Shown piece after piece: positions 24,912 through 28,842 of a stretch of DNA of 28,842 nt. Source of the DNA: a virus (taxonomy: Duplodnaviria; Caudoviricetes); IMG/VR virus record IMGVR_UViG_3300011417_000318, positions 1-28,842 of that record. One strand, given 5' to 3'. The notes below the pieces were generated by a model. It made no database searches and was not told the origin of the DNA. It saw nothing but the letters and a program-made list of their open reading frames with translations. Made by a program: the position numbers and the translations under genes. Every line of letters begins with the position of its first letter. Positions within the stretch are counted from its first letter, which is position 1.

Positions 24912-26960
24912 TTATTGAATGAAAGTATTTTTGTATTGGTCAATAGTGCCTCTATCAAGTTCATACCAGATAGCCTGAAAAGTATCCATATCAACATAAT
25001 CCTGGCCGTATGCAGCTGCAATTTCATCGGGTAGCTTTATTCTGGATTTAGTTTCCCAGGTCCCGTTTTCATGTGTAGGATAATTTTCAACTGTAAAGTT
25101 TTCTTTAAACTTAGGCCAATAGACAGATTGTTCACCAAACTTTCCATTATTAGCTTTCATCCAGGCATTATTTAATGGTGCCATAACAGCCTGAAGCTGC
25201 TTATTAGGAGCTGCCATCATAGGCACTGATATACTTTTGCCAGATTCATCTGTAACTGTAATTACAGTGTTAGCAGCACCTGCAATTCCATAAGGATTTC
25301 CTGTAGACATGCCTTGCTTACTACCTGTAATGCTAAGTTTCTTATCAGTATTTAAACCGTTTTTCTCAGCAATTTTTAGTAAAGCTTCTTGTACTCCATT
25401 CCAACCATTTAAATCTTTATAAGATCCTCCACCAAGTTCTTTAGGTACAGCTATAGCTAATTCATTTCCAGAAACACTGGCAATGTTGTTAACATAATTT
25501 AACATCTTACCTTCATCTACAACTTCTTCCCTGGTTTGCAGGATCTGAGGTGTAGTTACATTAGCCCTGTTTTGAACAGCTTCTTTTTGAATTTTAACTA
25601 ATGCTTTGCGCTGCAGATCTTTTGGCATTGCATTTAAATTAGGGTATTCCTGTCTGATACTTTCTGCAGCAGTTTCATCAAAGTTTTGTTGTGTTAACCT
25701 GGCTGTGCTTAACAATGTATTTTTCAACAGCTCATCAACCTCTGAATTTTGTTGCTTGACCTGTTCTTTGGTTCTTTTTGTAACTTCAAAACCACCTTGT
25801 TCCAACCATGCATAAGGATTATCAGGAGCAAACTTAATAGCATTTGTATACATATCCTGAGATTCCTGCTCAGAGTAAGTCTTACCGTCTTTTTTCAAAA
25901 TTACAGCAGCTGTCTGGGCTACTTGTCCAGTATTTTCATCCACACTGTCAAGTAAAGTTGTTAAAGGTTCTACTAGTGGATTAGTAACAGCAGAGGTAGC
26001 TCCGGTAGCCCAAGCTCCTGGAGGAGGATTTTGCTTAGCTGCATCCATGGCATCTTTTAACATCCAGTCAGTCAGGAAATCCCTGTCTGTTTTGCTGTAG
26101 GTTCTAAGCAAACCTTCAGAAAGCATGCGCTCACGAATTGATTTTTCTGCTGCTGCATCATAATCTTCAGCAGATAAACCAGGCTGTTGTTGCATTAAGT
26201 CTCTCAAGGCAACAGCTTTCTCCTGATTATATTCCTGAGTACCTTGATAAGCTGTCATCATATTGGTTAACTGTTTACCTACTTTATCTGAAGATAAACC
26301 TTCCCATCTACCAGTTTCAATATAACCTCTGATGCCAGAACTTGATTTTGCAACATCTGCTGCAGATAAAGGACCTGCATTAGCTTTCAACTCATCGGCG
26401 ATTTTAGCTTTCTTACCTTGCCAATCTAGTTTGATCTGACCAGTACCTTTGTAGATATTATACACTGGCTTGCCTTTTTCATCATACTGAATAGTTTGAT
26501 GACCTTCTGCAGGATTGTCAAGTACTATAGTTGCACCTTTAGATCTGGCCTCTTCCTGAAAAGCACGCTCCCTGTCTGCGTTGGCCCTGGATTCTGTTAA
26601 GGCTTTTACGGCAGGATCATTCATGTATTGCCGGAGCAATGCATTTACTTGTAAGGTTTGATTTTCCAGATCACCTTTAGCTGTAATGTTTTTAAACTGC
26701 TCTGCAAGACGCTGATTAACTTTTTCATTGGCAGCTTGATCTCCAGCAGAATCTAATACTTTACGATTAGCATTCATGATATCCAGTTTGGTGAGATCTG
26801 CAAGATTCTGATGGTAGATCCCTGCAGTTTGTTCTGCATTGCGCTGCGCTTCAGCTATTGGAGCCCCGGCATAAGTAGGTATAAACTGAGAACTACTGAA
26901 TTGCACAGGAGAATATCCACCCTGTTGAAAGAAATCAGGACGTAACTTACTGTATTTCAT
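24912..26960 (-). CDS. Probable virion cargo/ejection protein
   Basis: 682 aa, Ala/Gln-rich, no Cys seen, ends 2 nt before the giant ORF; N-terminal FQQGG. Function inferred from position in crAss-like genomes. Confidence 0.65.
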   Translation of the reverse strand: MKYSKLRPDFFQQGGYSPVQFSSSQFIPTYAGAPIAEAQRNAEQTAGIYHQNLADLTKLDIMNANRKVLDSAGDQAANEKVNQRLAEQFKNITAKGDLENQTLQVNALLRQYMNDPAVKALTESRANADRERAFQEEARSKGATIVLDNPAEGHQTIQYDEKGKPVYNIYKGTGQIKLDWQGKKAKIADELKANAGPLSAADVAKSSSGIRGYIETGRWEGLSSDKVGKQLTNMMTAYQGTQEYNQEKAVALRDLMQQQPGLSAEDYDAAAEKSIRERMLSEGLLRTYSKTDRDFLTDWMLKDAMDAAKQNPPPGAWATGATSAVTNPLVEPLTTLLDSVDENTGQVAQTAAVILKKDGKTYSEQESQDMYTNAIKFAPDNPYAWLEQGGFEVTKRTKEQVKQQNSEVDELLKNTLLSTARLTQQNFDETAAESIRQEYPNLNAMPKDLQRKALVKIQKEAVQNRANVTTPQILQTREEVVDEGKMLNYVNNIASVSGNELAIAVPKELGGGSYKDLNGWNGVQEALLKIAEKNGLNTDKKLSITGSKQGMSTGNPYGIAGAANTVITVTDESGKSISVPMMAAPNKQLQAVMAPLNNAWMKANNGKFGEQSVYWPKFKENFTVENYPTHENGTWETKSRIKLPDEIAAAYGQDYVDMDTFQAIWYELDRGTIDQYKNTFIQ

Positions 26961-26977
26961 AGTAACAAGATTTAGTT

Positions 26978-27010
26978 AAAAGCAAAACACCTGGCAAAAA
27001 TACCAGGTGC
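26978..27010 (-). terminator. Putative intrinsic terminator / stem-loop between two cargo genes
   Basis: The - strand reads GCACCTGGTA-TTTT-TGCCAGGTGT-TTTGCTTTT: a 10-bp stem with two G-U pairs followed by a U-rich tail. Confidence 0.65.
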
Positions 27011-27074
27011 TGCAGACAAGAGATTGATATATAAAAGCCATGACTGTCAAATTAACATATAAAACAGTAGATTA

Positions 27075-28841
27075 TCAACACACCCTTCTTAGTCTACCAC
27101 CCATCTTATAACTAAGTGGTTTTTTAGTAGGAACAAAGCCGCCATTTCTTTTTCCCTGAGGAGTTGTCTGACCTGACATAGTAGTAGCAGCTTCTGCCAT
27201 CATTAGCTGAGCCTGTTCTGGTGTATACCCATTTGCTATCAAATGCCTATACCCTGCACCTGGTGCTGCAAGTTCAAGTTGTGCCAGATTCATGTTTAAC
27301 TTTTGCTGATCCAGTTTCATCGCATTACTTTGTGCAACAAAGCCCTGGATCTTGTTTCCAACATCTGCAATGTTAGCAGACTCTCCAGACATTATAGCTG
27401 ATAATCTTTGTTGTTGATCTTGCCGGTATTGATTAGTTAATTGATTATTCATTAAGTTATTTCTCCAGCCCATTGCAGCTTCTTCATTGCCGATTTGTGC
27501 ATTGGTTCTGTTTACATCACCATGCATTTGATTAGTAGCTCTGGAGTATTCAGCTAAGCTTGCAGCTTGAGAACCTTCCTGAGCTTGTCTCATGGTAGAA
27601 TTTCTGTTACCAGCTTTAATAGCTGTATTCAAGCCTTCTTTTAACATGGCTTTCTGGTCAGAATAATCCAATCTTCTTAATCTTGGCGCCTTGGTTAAGC
27701 TAACCTGAGCAACATCTGGCATATTTTTCAACGCCATTGCATTATGTACATTACCAGCTAAACTAGCTCCCAAGCCTGCTACTGCAGACCAGTTAATATT
27801 AGATCCACCCCCACCTGCTGCAGGTTGTCCAGTAGGTACAGGGTTAGTAATAGGTTTATAACTTCCCCAGCCTAAATAGTTTTTTCCAGTTTGATTAACA
27901 TTATAACTTGGTGCTAATCCACCACCCTGAAAAGTAGCAGATCCTTTACCATGACCAGGTTCTGTTCTTAGTTCTTTCTTAAATCCAGGCACCTCAAAAA
28001 GTTTTTCTGCCATGGTACCCCCTGAATGATAATATTTTTTACTAATCACATTTGTAGCCATAGCTTCTTTAGCCAGACTTCCTATTCTTCTTGGTGTCAT
28101 TTCATGATAACTAACATTTCTTGGAGATAAACCACCCATCTTAAACATGTTACCTTCTGTCATTCCTCTTCCGGGTACTTCATCTGCAGGTTGAATAGCT
28201 TCTTCAGTACTTTCACCTTGTGAATCACCATTAATCCGCTGCTGTGTATGAAACAAGGCTTTAAGTTTACTTTCTATTAAAGCATCCTGATTAGGATTTG
28301 GATTGCCTTTTAAGGCTTTAGATTTTTCTAACTTTTTAGCAGCTTTGGCAAAAGTAGTTTTTGTACCAGGTAATGTTAAATGATTTGAAAATATTCTGGT
28401 GCCTTCTGGTGCAGGCTTCATTACTTCACCATGATCTACATAAGCATCTTCAAACTGCACATCATCAGTAGCCTGAGGATTATCACCATCTACTTCATAA
28501 GCATTATCAGAAATTGGCTTTAAATCTCCACCATTAACATTCATGCCACCATTTTGAAAACCATGAGCATGTGCCCAGTCTTCACCACCAAAACCTGAAT
28601 TTCTTCCTTGTGCTAACAATGAAGCTGCTCTTGCTCTTTTTGCCTCAATATCTTCAGGCAAAAGTGGCTGAACCATTTGAGATACACCACTCATTGCTGC
28701 ACCAGCCATAGCACCACCTCCCTGGTAAGCTTTTAATTTTTTATTGTTTTGATCTCTTTCAACTAAAAAGCTTCTATCTGTGAAATGATACCCACCATCA
28801 TTGCCATATCCCCCGGGAGCGGATACTAGCCACTTGCCATT
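27075..28841 (-). CDS. Probable virion cargo protein with [FY]xxGG repeats, probably 5'-truncated by the window edge
   Basis: The frame stays open upstream of the tracked start at 28709 to the edge (NGKWLVSAPGG...KKLKAYQGGGAM). Contains AYVDHGEVM...RIFSNHL...TFAKAAKKL, reminiscent of crAss-like virion proteins, and a Gln/Asn/Ala-rich C-terminal part. Confidence 0.65.
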   Translation of the reverse strand, partial: NGKWLVSAPGGYGNDGGYHFTDRSFLVERDQNNKKLKAYQGGGAMAGAAMSGVSQMVQPLLPEDIEAKRARAASLLAQGRNSGFGGEDWAHAHGFQNGGMNVNGGDLKPISDNAYEVDGDNPQATDDVQFEDAYVDHGEVMKPAPEGTRIFSNHLTLPGTKTTFAKAAKKLEKSKALKGNPNPNQDALIESKLKALFHTQQRINGDSQGESTEEAIQPADEVPGRGMTEGNMFKMGGLSPRNVSYHEMTPRRIGSLAKEAMATNVISKKYYHSGGTMAEKLFEVPGFKKELRTEPGHGKGSATFQGGGLAPSYNVNQTGKNYLGWGSYKPITNPVPTGQPAAGGGGSNINWSAVAGLGASLAGNVHNAMALKNMPDVAQVSLTKAPRLRRLDYSDQKAMLKEGLNTAIKAGNRNSTMRQAQEGSQAASLAEYSRATNQMHGDVNRTNAQIGNEEAAMGWRNNLMNNQLTNQYRQDQQQRLSAIMSGESANIADVGNKIQGFVAQSNAMKLDQQKLNMNLAQLELAAPGAGYRHLIANGYTPEQAQLMMAEAATTMSGQTTPQGKRNGGFVPTKKPLSYKMGGRLRRVC

Positions 28842-28842
28842 G

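Larger units (their letters stand above)
1..28842. mobile_element. Bacteriophage genome segment, crAss-like (probable Bacteroidota host)
   Basis: Giant virion-type RNAP with the DFDID catalytic motif and a zincin domain, preceded by cargo-like genes and convergent with a cluster of small hypothetical genes and a stand-alone 5'-3' exonuclease. No housekeeping genes. Starts lack Shine-Dalgarno motifs and are A-rich (e.g. ctaactaactATG, acttacaactATG), as in Bacteroidota. Confidence 0.88.

Noticed and set aside
9640-26332. Many 60-134 aa + strand ORFs within the large - strand genes
   Set aside because: They are antisense shadows of long genuine ORFs, mostly with non-ATG starts and no recognisable motifs.
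1-28842. Stop-codon reassignment (TAG or TGA), known in some crAss-like phages
   Set aside because: A 5368-codon ORF is open in the standard code, TGA stops repeatedly form ATGA couplings, and TAG stops (2442, 3872, 8803) fall at sensible gene ends.

Overview
This is an AT-rich bacteriophage genome segment, most consistent with a crAss-like (Crassvirales-related) phage of Bacteroidota. The + strand (1-8816) carries a stand-alone 5'-3' exonuclease followed by about 30 tightly coupled small hypothetical genes: several zinc-finger proteins, membrane microproteins missing from the ORF track, and a degenerate ABC-ATPase-like protein. The - strand (8803-28842) carries the end of a virion-protein module: two probable cargo/ejection proteins and one 5368-aa ORF. 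That ORF contains a two-barrel RNA polymerase active site (RIPNQG...GSDFDIDK), a zincin HExxH protease-like domain and hydrophobic segments at both ends, and I found no cysteine in it. Main leads: (1) the giant RNAP-protease-membrane fusion; (2) two related structured non-coding elements in the only large intergenic gaps of the + strand cluster, sharing a GCTGTTTATTCC core closed by different but complementary stems; (3) a repeated [FY]xxGG motif in the cargo proteins; (4) a PEP-CTERM/PID-CTERM-like sorting-signal microprotein; (5) an ABC-ATPase pseudo-enzyme. All family assignments come from motif recognition by eye, with no database search.
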